A DNA stretch of 64,000 nt from positions 320,001 to 384,000 of the forward strand of contig JAVLKG010000001.1 of the NCBI GenBank assembly GCA_032128875.1. Reading direction: 5' to 3'. Source of the stretch: Candidatus Melainabacteria bacterium 17Bon1m. Its GTDB lineage: Bacteria > Cyanobacteriota > Vampirovibrionia > Obscuribacterales > Obscuribacteraceae. Shown in pieces: positions 10,501-20,731 of this stretch (positions are counted from its first letter, which is position 1; each line of letters begins with the position of its first letter). The notes under the pieces are model-generated. The model had not been told where the DNA came from, did no database searches, and saw only the letters and a list, made by a program, of their open reading frames with translations. A program made the translations under genes and the position numbers.

Positions 10501-10639
10501 CTGTTTTTGCCGAACTTTCCGCATATTGTGTTGCGTTGTAAAACGAGATGAATGCTGTCGAAGCGAGCAAAAGCAGTGTAAAAACTAGCATGAACCAAAT
10601 GGCACTGCTTTTATCGGATTGATACGATGCTGTTTTCAT
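7580..10639 (-). CDS. Hybrid sensor kinase CHASE3-PAS-HisKA-HATPase-REC-REC-HPt
   Basis: DAETGQRGYLLTG (CHASE3), MSHEIRTPMNG, NAIKFT, GGTGLGL, two receivers, AHKVRG HPt; start 10639 or 10705. Confidence 0.95.
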   Translation of the reverse strand: MKTASYQSDKSSAIWFMLVFTLLLLASTAFISFYNATQYAESSAKTDLSLKILVQLEKLMSDLKDAETGQRGYLLTGKPSYLKPYDEAQESIIKDLRELSGLAGNDVEMRSQIQALGSLVYSKLDELRQTTELQTHGDSATARKIVNTDSGKKLMDDIRVNLNVMTTHMNAVLNEQNTTVTKTSSQTAFSTAALAVSIAASVVVMMYLLMHQSAQRKAAEEAIRSSEEKFRTLISSVLDYAIIMLDTKGNVVTWNDGAERLQGYTQEEIIGKHFSCFYQPADIDRKLPSKLLKEAIEQGSCETFGWRVRKDGSQFYANVVIRPTKDSAGKLKGFSKVTRDITERHVVEERLLQSKQELEVLNKELSLARDQAQAASKFKSEFVANMSHEIRTPMNGIVGMCNVLLRTKLDESQNQYARAIQSAADALLTVINDILDFSKIEAGRIELEMHEFDIASMVEGVCEILAVQARTKRLSLLSYVDVAIPRLLRGDAERLRQVLLNLASNAIKFTESGEVVVKAEIDSMQENMMNIVFSVTDYGIGLTQDEQQKLFQPFVQADGSISRKFGGTGLGLSISKSLVELMGGAIGVRSKKGEGSTFWFKVPLEARGVKGWAGTHEALKNVRVLIIDDEPNAREILQKYVQSWGMQCGTAVSASDAVEQLHTASVDDTPYKVAIVDLVMPEKNGIEMAKEILNDQILSRTDLVLLTAFDTPGLGAQAIDMGFKAFITKPVRQSQLLDCLTDVVCKDTIFNKEINTSSFENQIEQQRSELILVVEDHPINQRVAQLYLEELGFTVDIASNGKEALNALSMRTYSLVFMDCQMPEMDGLLATKIIRKRELSTGAHVPIVAMTAHAMREDKDRCIAVGMDDYLSKPVDPKTLREMLDKWLPLPKSGQSKQTDFDISEVSLDLSKPVNIENINAKFGAGGKELIKMFVDDAPVQIVSFRKSLQDKNFQEIADTAHKVRGVCAVLGIAHMETTCHAIEDAARKNDEQALQKYLDDLENQFTVAKGFLNEYYTA

Positions 10640-10942
10640 GGAAGCCTTTAGGGAGCCCACCTCAAGGCCATCGCACACAAGCCTGCGTGTGCGATTTATG
10701 TTCAAAGGAGGTGCCGGGACACCGGGATACCATACAGGGCGCTATCTAAATTGCTGCCCTTGTTAGGTTAAAGCTACAGAAAAAGAATTGAAACCGCAAG
10801 CCCTACACAAGACTAACATTTGCGTAATCGGCAAGTGCGAAATCTCGAAATCTTTGAACAACGGGATTTTTCGGATTCTAGTGTGTACTCAATTGGCTAC
10901 ATGAGTGATTTTGAAACTTTTTAATGATAAAACGCTGTGTCT

Positions 10943-11650
10943 TTAACCGGGCTCTAAAAGGCCATCTTTAAGGGCTTTCACTGCTACTTGCGTGCGGTCC
11001 GATACCATAAGCTTTTCCATGATATGGCGCATATGGGATTTGACTGTATGCAATGTGATGCATAACTTTTCAGCGATTTCTTGATTGGACAATCCATCAA
11101 CAAGCTGTTGAAGGACATCTAACTCGCGTTCTGTGAGGGCGAACAAATTGTCCTTTGTGCCAGGGGCGGACGTCGAAACCCGGCTTGATTGTTGCCCGGA
11201 GGACGCTCTCAAGACACGCTTTGCGATTGCCGGATCAAGCCATGATGCGCCCATATCGCACGAGCGTACGGCTGCCGCAAGCACCTCCGGCTGCGCGTCT
11301 TTCAAGCAGTACCCATCAGCACCGGCAGACAGCGCCGCAAAAATCGCATTGTCCTCATCACTCATCGTGAGGATGATCACTTTTATATCAGGAAAAGAAG
11401 CCTTGATTGACTTTGTTGCTTCAATGCCGTTGAGCACCGGCATATTGATATCCATCATTACAACATTCGGCTTGAGCTGTTGAGCAAGCTCTACAGCGTC
11501 CTTTCCGTTTTCGGCCTCTCCGACAACTTCGAAATCCGGACACCTATTCAAAACTATCTTCAAGCCGAGCCGTGTTATTCCTTGATCTTCGACAAGTAAC
11601 AAGGTAATTTTCGAGTTAGATGTAGGCGGGTTTTCCTCGCCGTTGTTCAT
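10943..11650 (-). CDS. NarL/LuxR-family response regulator
   Basis: VMMDINMP receiver; LTERELDVL...GLSNQEIAEKL...TVKSH HTH. Confidence 0.95.
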   Translation of the reverse strand: MNNGEENPPTSNSKITLLLVEDQGITRLGLKIVLNRCPDFEVVGEAENGKDAVELAQQLKPNVVMMDINMPVLNGIEATKSIKASFPDIKVIILTMSDEDNAIFAALSAGADGYCLKDAQPEVLAAAVRSCDMGASWLDPAIAKRVLRASSGQQSSRVSTSAPGTKDNLFALTERELDVLQQLVDGLSNQEIAEKLCITLHTVKSHMRHIMEKLMVSDRTQVAVKALKDGLLEPG

Positions 11651-11755
11651 CCTTCATTCTCCCTTCAGCCAACTACTTAGGGGGTTCCAATGAAGAATTC
11701 TACATGTAATTACCTCTGTTGCAAGCCGATAACGTAAGGCATTTTTACGGCAGTT

Positions 11756-13990
11756 TTAGCATGCGCTTTTGCTGAACAGAGGAATCTCAAACCAAAACGT
11801 ACTACCCAAGCCAACTTTGCTCTGCACGCCGATGTTCCCACCGTGTTGTTCTACGAGAGCTTTGCTTACTGCCAGGCCAAGACCGGTGCCTTCACTTCGT
11901 CTCGTATCGGACGAATCGAGTTGCCGGAATTTCTGAAATAGATTTGGCAACTCCTCATCGGGAATTCCGGGTCCGTTGTCCACGATGCTGAAGCGAATTT
12001 GTTCGGCTTCAACGATTCCGTTGACTTTGACTTCTGATCCGTTCTTCGAGAACTTGACGGCATTCGAAATCAAATTGGCGAGTACCTGCGTGCAGCGATC
12101 TTTGTCTACGTTTATAGTTACATGCGGAGGTTCTTGTTCTACGCTTAGTTTGACACCTCGTTCGTCCGCCATTCCTTTGAGGCTGTTGACGGCTTCTGCT
12201 AAAAGTAAGTCGGCTGCAATTGGCTGCAATTGCAAATCAAATTTGCCGGCTTCGATTTTCTTCAGATCAAGTATGTCGTTGATCAATCTAATCAGTCTGT
12301 CTGAGCTTTCGCGCCCTATTCTGATCAGATCGATGCATTTCTGCGAACCATATTTTACGATGCCACCTTCGATCAGGCCCAGCGCTCCGCGAATTGAGGT
12401 GAGAGGTGTTCTCAATTCGTGCGAGACAATTGAATAAAACTCGGAAACACGTTTCTCAGCAGCTTTTCTCTCGCTGATATCGCGATCAATTTGCGATATG
12501 CCGACAATCTCACCATGTTTGTAGATCGGCGCCAAACTCAAACAGACTTCAACCGCCTGTTCGCCGCGCAAACGAGTTGAATCAAGTGACTCGATGCACC
12601 TGCCTTCTTTGACCTTGTCGACAAGTTCGCAAAGTTCTTGCAGCTTGTCCGGCGGCACCAACATTTTGACGCTCTTTCCGATGGCGTCTTTCGCACTGTA
12701 CCCGTAGAGTTTTTCTGCCCCGCGATTCCATCCAGTGATCATGAGATCCATGTTCAAACCATAAATCGCATCCGTGGATGACTCGACGATTTTGGCAAGC
12801 TGTTCGTTAATCTCCTCCGAGCTGCGTCGCAACATGAACTGACCAACCTGTCTTCCAATTGCCACCAATAGCTCGAAGAGTTCCATGGATGGCTGTTTTG
12901 ATTCATTGGTGTAAAACTCGATGACCGCCCTTATCCTTCCGTCAATCACAACGGGGAAGCCAACACCTGATTTCAAACCAGCTTCAATAGCGTATGTTTT
13001 TCTTGTCAGTTTTTCTGCTTCGATATCGTTGATCCATTTTATAGACCCCGCGGATCTTACCAGTCCAGGCAAGTCAGAATCAGACAAAATGTTCAAAGAA
13101 AGAGAGGCGCGTTCAAACTCTTCGCATGTTTCATTCCTGCGCCAAAAGCCGGCGCAGCGCATGTCTGTTTCAAATTCTTCTTGAACCCAAATCGCGCTGC
13201 ACATTACAGTTTCATCTCCAAACACGCAGTTGGAAATGCATTCAAGCAATGGGCTGTAACTGTCTTCGAGTGTCGCTGATTCCGCTAGAATACGAGACAC
13301 TTCGTACTGAGCGGCTACTTGTTTTTCGCTCTGTCTCAATTCCTTTGTTCGTTGCTCTACAAGCAACTCGACGTTTTCTTTGCTCGCCTCAACCTCGGCT
13401 TGCCTGGTAGCAATCGACTGCATTTCCATAATGCCCTGACGGCAACTGATAATCAAAAAGACGTCTTCGAAAACGACCCAGAAAATATGTTCGACAGTTC
13501 TCCAGGGGCTGGCGTAGGCAATGCCATATACCGAGAGAGGAAAAAAGGCACCACGCAAAATGTGATCGACTGCGGCAATAGCAGAAGCCGTGATTAAAAC
13601 ACGCCAATCCCGATAGAATGCCAGAAATGCTAAAGAGCCGAATATCAAAAAGTGAGATTCGATTCGTCCTCCAGTCAAATGTATAAGCAGTGCCGCGAGC
13701 ACCATTTGCGCCACCGCGATCATATGCCTTGTAATGGCAAACCCTGGACGAGTCCTCTGCAAAATCAATGGAAAACCAATTGCGAGTCCGCCGATAAAAA
13801 TCGCGGTCCAGATATGCGGGTGGATTGAACTTGATGTCCCAGCCCAAGTGTGCGGCGAGACAATTGCAGCAACTCCGATAAGGCAGATCCATTCAACTAA
13901 GAAAAGTTTGGCGAAAAGACGGTCGGTCCTTTTGAACAACTGAGTTTTCTGCTCTTGCAACAACTCGTCTATTCTTTGTTGATTGATCAT
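11756..13990 (-). CDS. Membrane sensor histidine kinase (RedC-like membrane domain, GAF, PAS)
   Basis: Multi-TM N-terminus with GGRIESHFLIFGSLAFLAFYRDW; GAF; PAS; VSHELRTPL; GTGLGL; ATG overlaps the upstream stop. Confidence 0.92.
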   Translation of the reverse strand: MINQQRIDELLQEQKTQLFKRTDRLFAKLFLVEWICLIGVAAIVSPHTWAGTSSSIHPHIWTAIFIGGLAIGFPLILQRTRPGFAITRHMIAVAQMVLAALLIHLTGGRIESHFLIFGSLAFLAFYRDWRVLITASAIAAVDHILRGAFFPLSVYGIAYASPWRTVEHIFWVVFEDVFLIISCRQGIMEMQSIATRQAEVEASKENVELLVEQRTKELRQSEKQVAAQYEVSRILAESATLEDSYSPLLECISNCVFGDETVMCSAIWVQEEFETDMRCAGFWRRNETCEEFERASLSLNILSDSDLPGLVRSAGSIKWINDIEAEKLTRKTYAIEAGLKSGVGFPVVIDGRIRAVIEFYTNESKQPSMELFELLVAIGRQVGQFMLRRSSEEINEQLAKIVESSTDAIYGLNMDLMITGWNRGAEKLYGYSAKDAIGKSVKMLVPPDKLQELCELVDKVKEGRCIESLDSTRLRGEQAVEVCLSLAPIYKHGEIVGISQIDRDISERKAAEKRVSEFYSIVSHELRTPLTSIRGALGLIEGGIVKYGSQKCIDLIRIGRESSDRLIRLINDILDLKKIEAGKFDLQLQPIAADLLLAEAVNSLKGMADERGVKLSVEQEPPHVTINVDKDRCTQVLANLISNAVKFSKNGSEVKVNGIVEAEQIRFSIVDNGPGIPDEELPNLFQKFRQLDSSDTRRSEGTGLGLAVSKALVEQHGGNIGVQSKVGLGSTFWFEIPLFSKSAC

Positions 13991-14601
13991 AACTGAGCCT
14001 TCTTTGGATCTTCGATGGGACATCCATAAACCGCACCGGATGCAGTTGATGTTCCTTCTCTAAGCGCCTTCACCGCCAAGTCTAAGTTTTTGCATTCACC
14101 TATATGCCCGCGTCCTTCCGTAAGACCGCCGGAGTATTTCAAAATCCCTTTTCGATCAAAAATATAAGTTTGCCCTGAGGTTATTGCCCCGAATTTCCTC
14201 GCTTCTGCTCCATCAATGTCCGACACAAGCTGCGCGCCAGGAACTTCAGCAGCAAGATTCCATATGTCGGTTTTCTCCCACCCCTTCGGAAATGTCGTTG
14301 GAGCGTAGACAAGAAAAATGCACTGTAATGAATTGTCGTTTGTTGTCAGTGTTGCGACTTGTTGTAAGCTCGCACGAGAACACGGGCATTTTGGATGCAA
14401 GAGCATGACCAACGTGTTGTTTGTGGTGCTGCGAGTAATATTGCTATTTTCCGGCCAGTTGATGCCAGACGTTGCCGTCAACCCCGGGATGCTGTCGAAT
14501 TTGAATACTAAACAAACGCCTACGGTTAGTGTGAATAACCAACTGAATGCGCCGATGATAACCCAATTCCTCCTCACCGATGACCAAAACCTGCTCAGCA
14601 T
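13987..14601 (-). CDS. RedB-like exported thioredoxin-fold protein
   Basis: N-terminal TM, HPKCPCSRAS, FGAITSG, YSGGLT.RGH, VYGCPI. Confidence 0.8.
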   Translation of the reverse strand: MLSRFWSSVRRNWVIIGAFSWLFTLTVGVCLVFKFDSIPGLTATSGINWPENSNITRSTTNNTLVMLLHPKCPCSRASLQQVATLTTNDNSLQCIFLVYAPTTFPKGWEKTDIWNLAAEVPGAQLVSDIDGAEARKFGAITSGQTYIFDRKGILKYSGGLTEGRGHIGECKNLDLAVKALREGTSTASGAVYGCPIEDPKKAQL

Positions 14602-15005
14602 GCCGTCCTTTTTGCCTGTGTTTCAGCGGCTTGCGCAGCCTCCAAAATTGCCACAATTTCGTCGGGCAGTGTGATTGGATCAAATGGTTTTCTGATGACG
14701 CCCGCAGCACCAAGACTTTGGTAATAGTCGATTTCTGTAGACTGAACTTTCGCAGTGAGGAAAATCACTGGAGGCATTGGATTCATCGATTCTTTCAAGT
14801 GTTGAAGAGTCGTTGGTCCGTCCATCCCAGGCATCATGACGTCAAGCAAAATTAGATCGGGCTTCTCTCTCAAAGCGGTTTCTATTCCTGCCTGCCCACA
14901 GTCAGCCATAACCACCGCCCAGTTCCCCACGCCCTCAAGTGTTATCTCAGCGATCGTCCGAATATTCGGATCGTCTTCAATCATCAACACTTTCTCGATT
15001 TTCAT
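14595..15005 (-). CDS. Single-domain response regulator
   Basis: MIEDD, ILLDVMMPGMDG, RKPFDP. Confidence 0.92.
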   Translation of the reverse strand: MKIEKVLMIEDDPNIRTIAEITLEGVGNWAVVMADCGQAGIETALREKPDLILLDVMMPGMDGPTTLQHLKESMNPMPPVIFLTAKVQSTEIDYYQSLGAAGVIRKPFDPITLPDEIVAILEAAQAAETQAKRTAC

Positions 15006-15151
15006 GTGTTCAACCCTTATCTGACACCTGGCTTTGCCGGTGTCTACGTGCCCTCAAATTAATCCTGACAGGTTTTATATGAGTAAGCGTCAGTCGGGGG
15101 TTTGAACCTCTATCACCCGATTTAGTGATTAAGAAGAATGAGGTGCTGGAG

Positions 15152-15571
15152 TTACGGCAACATTAGCGTATTGTCGTAGCTGGCGGTAATCGAGAAGTCA
15201 CAGGTCTGCTGCTTTCTGCGTGCGGAAAGAACGCTGCTAATGAGTTCGTCGTTATCGCAGGAAAGCGAAACAAAAGAGTCGATACCAGCTTGGTACATAG
15301 CTTGGACGTCATTCAGGTCAGTGGAAAATCCCAACCCAACAATGCAGAAGTTAGCACCGGCAGAACGCAGCTGTCGTGCTATTTCAAGGGCATTAGTGTT
15401 GCGCAATCTCCACCCTACAAGCAATGTGTCGCAGCCCGATTTGAGGATCCTTTTGCAAGCATCGTCTCGGCTGTCTCCTGTTTCTACGTAGGTAATTCGC
15501 TCTTCATCCTTGAGAACAATCGAAATGCTAAGCCTGAGTATTTCGCAGTCATCCAAAACAAAGATTCGCAT
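15152..15571 (-). CDS. Atypical single-domain receiver (Asp replaced by Gly)
   Basis: MRIFVLDD start after GGAG SD; DTLLVGWRL; AGIDSFV. Confidence 0.75.
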   Translation of the reverse strand: MRIFVLDDCEILRLSISIVLKDEERITYVETGDSRDDACKRILKSGCDTLLVGWRLRNTNALEIARQLRSAGANFCIVGLGFSTDLNDVQAMYQAGIDSFVSLSCDNDELISSVLSARRKQQTCDFSITASYDNTLMLP

Positions 15572-15729
15572 AGACCCCAGCTCCTTATGGTCGCAATGAT
15601 ATTCTCTCGCGTTTTCGACCCGCGTTATCACCCGATCGGGTTGCAAAAATGAAACTTTTAATACTTGTATGGAGTGAAACAATTGCTGCGGCGTCAAGGT
15701 TTAGCGGCTTTTGAAACCGGAGAAGTTTA

Positions 15730-15754
15730 GGAACTGTCGCCTCGATAGCAGGTC
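15730..15754 (+). promoter_or_regulatory. Putative ECF promoter GGAAC-N17-GTC
   Basis: Exact motif in an intergenic region, pointing into 15760-16012. Confidence 0.5.
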
Positions 15755-16030
15755 GTTCCTCTCGTCGGCAACAGCTCCAGAGTGTTGTATAACACAATCT
15801 TCCGCCCAACCTTCCCCAGAAAGCCTCTCGGTCCAATCTGCTGGGCAATGATGCTGTTCATCACCGGACAAACAGTAGTTATGCCTTTGTGCGGCGTAAG
15901 AGGGCGCTTCAGGCGCCAACCCAAAAGGGTGCTTGTGTATTGGCTCGCGCACGTGCTCTACGGCTTAGCATGCGCATCAAAAGACCGGTCTTCATCAGAG
16001 AAAACCGGTCTGCAATCATGAGCGAGTCTT

Positions 16031-17206
16031 TTAAGCAGCCATTTTGGGATGCAGAACGAATTTGGTGCATTCTTTTTTCTCTGCGAACAGCTTGTAAGCA
16101 TCGGCAGCTTGTTCGAGACTTACGTCGTGCGAAATGACAAAACGCGGGTCAATTTCGTTGTTCATTATTCTTTCGAGCAATGGTTTCATATAACGCTGTA
16201 CGTGCGTTTGACCCATCTTCAAAGTCAGACCTTTACCGAAGGCGATGCCCAGAGGGAATCGATCGACAAATCCAAGATAAACACCTGGAATGGAGATGGT
16301 TCCGCCATTGCGGCAGAGTCGGATCATTTCGCGCAGCGCATGCGACCGGTCAAACTCAATTCGCATAAATTGCATTACGCCGTCAAACACAGCATCCAAA
16401 GTATTTCCGTGTGCTTCCATGCCCACTGCATCAATACAAGAGTGTGGTCCCCGGCCTTGAGTTAGTGCAGCAAGGCGCTCCTGAACATCTTCTTTTTCAT
16501 AATTGATCGGAATTGCACCGCTCGTTTCTGCCATCGCAAGGCGTTCGGCAAAACGGTCGATTGCAATCACTTGCCCTGCTCCAAGCATGAATGCACTTTT
16601 GATCGCGAACTGTCCGACTGGTCCGCATCCCCAGACCGCAACCGTGTCACCAGGCAAGATATTGCAGTTTTCTGCCGCCATAAAGCCGGTTGGAAATATG
16701 TCTGACAAAAATAGAGCCTGATGCTCTGTAATGTGTTCGGGCAATACAAGCGCGCCCACATCTATCATCGGAACTCGAACATACTCTGCCTGTCCACCTG
16801 GGTAGCCACCATACATGTGTGAATAACCGAACAAGCCCGCCGCCGGATAAGCCGTCAAAGCCGTTAGTTTGTCATTGTCCGGGTTGGTGGTTTCACAAAG
16901 TGCGTATTTTTGCTCTGTGCACATGACGCATTCGCCGCATGCAATCACAAATGGTATTACCACTCGGTCGCCCACTTTCACTCGTTTTACGTCTTTACCC
17001 ACTGCCACTACCTGCCCTGCGAACTCGTGGCCTAAAATGTCGCCGGGTTTCATCATGGGTGTGTAGCCATCATATAAGTGCAGGTCAGAGCCGCATATTG
17101 CAGTGCAGGTGATTTCGAGAATAGCGTCTGTGGGCTGGATTATTTCCGGATCTGGTACCGTGTCGACTCGAACATCTTTGATGCCATGCCATGTTAGTGC
17201 TTTCAT
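16031..17206 (-). CDS. Zn-dependent alcohol/formaldehyde dehydrogenase (MDR family)
   Basis: ICGSDLH, GHEFAG, C-x2-C-x2-C-x7-C, GCGPVG; GGAGG SD before MKALTWHG. Confidence 0.93.
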   Translation of the reverse strand: MKALTWHGIKDVRVDTVPDPEIIQPTDAILEITCTAICGSDLHLYDGYTPMMKPGDILGHEFAGQVVAVGKDVKRVKVGDRVVIPFVIACGECVMCTEQKYALCETTNPDNDKLTALTAYPAAGLFGYSHMYGGYPGGQAEYVRVPMIDVGALVLPEHITEHQALFLSDIFPTGFMAAENCNILPGDTVAVWGCGPVGQFAIKSAFMLGAGQVIAIDRFAERLAMAETSGAIPINYEKEDVQERLAALTQGRGPHSCIDAVGMEAHGNTLDAVFDGVMQFMRIEFDRSHALREMIRLCRNGGTISIPGVYLGFVDRFPLGIAFGKGLTLKMGQTHVQRYMKPLLERIMNNEIDPRFVISHDVSLEQAADAYKLFAEKKECTKFVLHPKMAA

Positions 17207-17754
17207 GCAGGTCCCTCCAGTGAGGCTTGTAGCTTCGGTTCTGTTTGTCCGACTCTGCACTCTTGAAAGAGTTGCTAACTAACTGCAATGTGACGAAATT
17301 TGTACATTTATTCAATGCTTGTCTGAAACTACATGTACCTGGGAGTGACCGGGTTTTTCTTTTGTAATTTGAAGTGATATCAAATATGGTGCGCTGCTGT
17401 TTTGTGTCTGGAAGAGGTCATACGTCGTCCAAAACTGAGCTCTCCAAAACTTGCAGGTGAGTGCAAAATGAGTGGCTGCGTACACTGTATCCCTATATGT
17501 GTGCCCGAAATACCGCTTCACATTAGCCGTTAAGCAGGCTGTCCTCTCGCTTACCTGAAAGTTGCATAGTGAATTCGAATTCGGTTTCGCTAAGGATAAC
17601 CCGCGTTGTTGCAGTGTACTTACAGCGGCACAATGAAGAGAAGGGGCGGCGTCCCGAATCGGTAGAGGGATTCTGCTTTTGATTCGGGGAGCTAACGAAC
17701 GCTTTGCACCCAAATGCTTCCAAACACATGCATAGATCTGGAGATCAACTTTTA

Positions 17755-18438
17755 ATGAATAGTCTAAACATCAAAATGAGTAGCAGTGGCACCCTCACCA
17801 ACATAAGTGCTCCTGCCCAACTTTCGGTAGTAGCGCCAGAAAAGAAATTGGCGGAGCTGACAGACAATGAACTAATTCGTGCTTGCCAACAGCGACGTAA
17901 AGGAGCAATCGATTTACTCCTAAAACGCTATCATCCACTCTTATCGGCAATGGTTCGTAAGCGCTTTCCTGAGCTAAGTGACATATCTGACGTTGTTCAA
18001 GAGGCTCAAATCAGAGTCTGGAGATCAATTGAAAAACTTAGGTGCGCCGCCGCTTTTAAAGGATGGCTCAATCAGATTGTCACTAATCTCTGTTATGACG
18101 AATTGCGCAGAAAAGTTCGCGACCGTGACACGTTGTCGCTCGATGAAACTTTTGAATCTGAAGACGGAACGAAACTCGAGCGTTATATCGCTGACACAAG
18201 CACCCAGCCTGATACCGATCTTCACGAGAAAGAACTTTCACGGGCGCTGGCTGAAGCTCTCGGCAAAATTCCTCCCAGCTTTAAAGAGCCTATTCTTCTT
18301 CGCGAAGTGGAAGGTTTGTCATATGAGGAGATTGCGGTCGTAACTAACACAGAGCTTGGTACGGTGAAATCGCGAATTTCTCGCGCCCGCACCAAGATTC
18401 AGCACCATATGGCGAAGTTTTTGAACGATGCAGCGTAA
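17755..18438 (+). CDS. ECF RNA polymerase sigma factor
   Basis: Region 2 DVVQEAQIRVW...FKGWL...NLCYD; region 4 LREVEGLSYEEIA...GTVKSRISRAR; start uncertain (17704-17776). Confidence 0.93.
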   Translation: MNSLNIKMSSSGTLTNISAPAQLSVVAPEKKLAELTDNELIRACQQRRKGAIDLLLKRYHPLLSAMVRKRFPELSDISDVVQEAQIRVWRSIEKLRCAAAFKGWLNQIVTNLCYDELRRKVRDRDTLSLDETFESEDGTKLERYIADTSTQPDTDLHEKELSRALAEALGKIPPSFKEPILLREVEGLSYEEIAVVTNTELGTVKSRISRARTKIQHHMAKFLNDAA

Positions 18439-18463
18439 ACGACGAAGCAAACTCACCCTTCCG

Positions 18464-18488
18464 GGAACTTTGTCGTTCTCGGCCAGTC
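18464..18488 (+). promoter_or_regulatory. Putative ECF promoter GGAAC-N17-GTC
   Basis: Between the sigma gene and the PAS kinase. Confidence 0.6.
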
Positions 18489-18515
18489 GTACAAACTTCC
18501 CTCCTCGGACTGAGT

Positions 18516-20066
18516 ATGGGTACGCCATCGAACATTTTTGGGCGGGTGCTTTTGAGCAAGAAATATACTTATGACAGTAACCTTCTGCACCATCTAATCA
18601 ATGGTGTGAAGGATTACGCGATTTACGCCCTTGACCCTCAAGGATTGATTGTGACGTGGAACCTCGGCGCAGAACGCGCCAAGGGTTACGCTGCCGAAGA
18701 AATAATCGGCCAGCATTTTTCCAAGTTCTACACACAAGACGCGCGCGAGAGAAAACATCCCGATTTTGAACTCATTCAAGCTAAAGAAAACGGCTCATAT
18801 GAAGAAGAAGGATGGCGTGTTCGCAAGGATGGCAGCCAGTTTTGGGCTCATGTCACCATCACTGCAATATACGACGATAATGGCAAACACATTGGTTTTG
18901 CCAAAGTAACTCGCGATCTCACAGAGAAGAAGGTGGCGCAGGCCGAGAATGTTGAGCAATTACGTCTTTTGCATCAGCATGAAGAAGCCTTTAGACAGGT
19001 CATTCGCTCGGTTAAGGACTACGCAATCTTTATGCTAAGCCCCGAAGGCTATGTGAAAACTTGGAATGCCGGTGCTGAGAAAATCAAAGGGTATAAGGCA
19101 GACGAAATAATCGGCAAGCATTTTTCGATTTTCTATTTAGAAGAAGCGAAGGCAATAAACCACCCTGAATTCGAGTTGAAAGAGGCTGTTAAAAATGGTT
19201 CTTACGAAGAAGAAGGTTGGCGCTTGCGAAAGGATGGCAGTCAATTTTGGGCGAGCGTGACAATCACACCGGTCATAGAGAATGATCAATTGGCTGGTTT
19301 TGTCAAAGTGACGCGCGATCTGACAGAAAGGCGACTGTTCGAGCTTCAGCTTGCAGAGGCTCGTGACGAAGCCATCTTAGCGAATCAGATGAAGACTAAA
19401 TTGGTGGCGAATATAACTCATGAGATACGCACACCGCTTGGTGGCATTATTGGTTTAAGTCAGCTCATTGCAGAAAATGCAGAGATTCCCTCTGACATTC
19501 AAGATTCCGGCAACAAGATTTTTCAAGCTGCCCGCAACTTACTGCGCCTTCTCAATGACTTGCTGGACTACGCAAAGCTCGAGGCCGGCAAAGTGGAGAT
19601 CATCGATGGCCCATTCAAAATCGATGAGATTATCAACGACGTTAAGGGATTGACTGAAAACAAAGCGGAAGAAAAATCTCTTAAGCTTACATCATCGATT
19701 AGTGAAGATCTGCCGAGATTCATCGTCGGCGATAGCGTCAAAATCCGGCAAATCCTTTTAAACCTCGTCCAAAACTCCATCAAGTTCACCGAAGTTGGTG
19801 GCATTGATATTTCTGTTGAACGAGAGGGGGAAACCGTAGTTTTCTCTGTTACTGACACCGGCATTGGTGTTACAGAAACAGTTAAGTCGCGGCTTTTCCA
19901 GCCATTTACCCAGGGGCACGACCCAAGCTACGGCGGCACGGGGCTTGGACTTTCAATCTGTCAGCAGTTTGTGGAATTGATGGGTGGCCAGATCGAAATG
20001 GTCAGCGAAGAAGGTCAAGGCACAAATGTCTCGTTTCGTTTGCCACTGAAAGAGGTGGTTGAATGA
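18516..20066 (+). CDS. Cytoplasmic PAS-PAS histidine kinase
   Basis: Two near-duplicate PAS/PAC domains (DYAI...EEEGWR.RKDGSQFWA), THEIRTPL, GGTGLGL. Confidence 0.95.
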   Translation: MGTPSNIFGRVLLSKKYTYDSNLLHHLINGVKDYAIYALDPQGLIVTWNLGAERAKGYAAEEIIGQHFSKFYTQDARERKHPDFELIQAKENGSYEEEGWRVRKDGSQFWAHVTITAIYDDNGKHIGFAKVTRDLTEKKVAQAENVEQLRLLHQHEEAFRQVIRSVKDYAIFMLSPEGYVKTWNAGAEKIKGYKADEIIGKHFSIFYLEEAKAINHPEFELKEAVKNGSYEEEGWRLRKDGSQFWASVTITPVIENDQLAGFVKVTRDLTERRLFELQLAEARDEAILANQMKTKLVANITHEIRTPLGGIIGLSQLIAENAEIPSDIQDSGNKIFQAARNLLRLLNDLLDYAKLEAGKVEIIDGPFKIDEIINDVKGLTENKAEEKSLKLTSSISEDLPRFIVGDSVKIRQILLNLVQNSIKFTEVGGIDISVEREGETVVFSVTDTGIGVTETVKSRLFQPFTQGHDPSYGGTGLGLSICQQFVELMGGQIEMVSEEGQGTNVSFRLPLKEVVE

Positions 20067-20653
20067 TAAATGATGACTTCAGAATCCTCCTCGTTGAGGA
20101 TGATCCTTTGCTTCAATTCGTATTCGAACAGCAGGTCAAAAAGCTCGGCCTGTCCGTTCATAAAATTGTCGGAAATGGACTTGATGCAGTTGATACCATC
20201 CTCGCAGATAAATATCACCTTGTATTTATGGATGTGCGAATGCCTGGTTTAGACGGTTTGTCTGCTACCGAAAGAATTCGCCGTGCAGAGCGGTTAACCG
20301 GTGCGTATACGCCGATCGTAGGTTTAACCGCCTTTGCTCATCGCGGTAAGTGCTTGCGAGTTGGTATGGACGATTTTCTGCAAAAACCTATCGAGTTGGA
20401 AGACCTTCAAGAAGTTATTGAAAAATGGAAACTCAGTGGCGGTAAAAGACGCGCAAATGAGCAGGCGAACGCAGGCTCGGAGCAAGTCAAAGCGACTACG
20501 AGTCAGCTCAAGACTGCCGAGAAAGCTCCTATCGTCGATCCTCAGGATTTTGAAACAATCAGCCAGAGACTGTCGAACATCAAAGACAAGATTAAACAGC
20601 TTAGAGTGACGTTCGACCTTGACCGTTATGATCAACCCGGACAGCAAAATTGA
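20063..20653 (+). CDS. Response regulator receiver with C-terminal coiled coil
   Basis: LLVEDD, VFMDVRMP, QKP; ATGA overlap with the kinase. Confidence 0.9.
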   Translation: MINDDFRILLVEDDPLLQFVFEQQVKKLGLSVHKIVGNGLDAVDTILADKYHLVFMDVRMPGLDGLSATERIRRAERLTGAYTPIVGLTAFAHRGKCLRVGMDDFLQKPIELEDLQEVIEKWKLSGGKRRANEQANAGSEQVKATTSQLKTAEKAPIVDPQDFETISQRLSNIKDKIKQLRVTFDLDRYDQPGQQN

Positions 20654-20731
20654 GCTGAGAAGTTTCTTTTGCTGATAATGCACATTGGTCTGGGTTGAGC
20701 ACTGACTATTCCTGAGAATGCCACGCCAGAC

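Noticed and set aside
17640-17695. Riboswitch upstream of the ECF sigma
   Set aside because: One imperfect hairpin (CCCGAATC...GATTCGGG) with no aptamer motif I recognise
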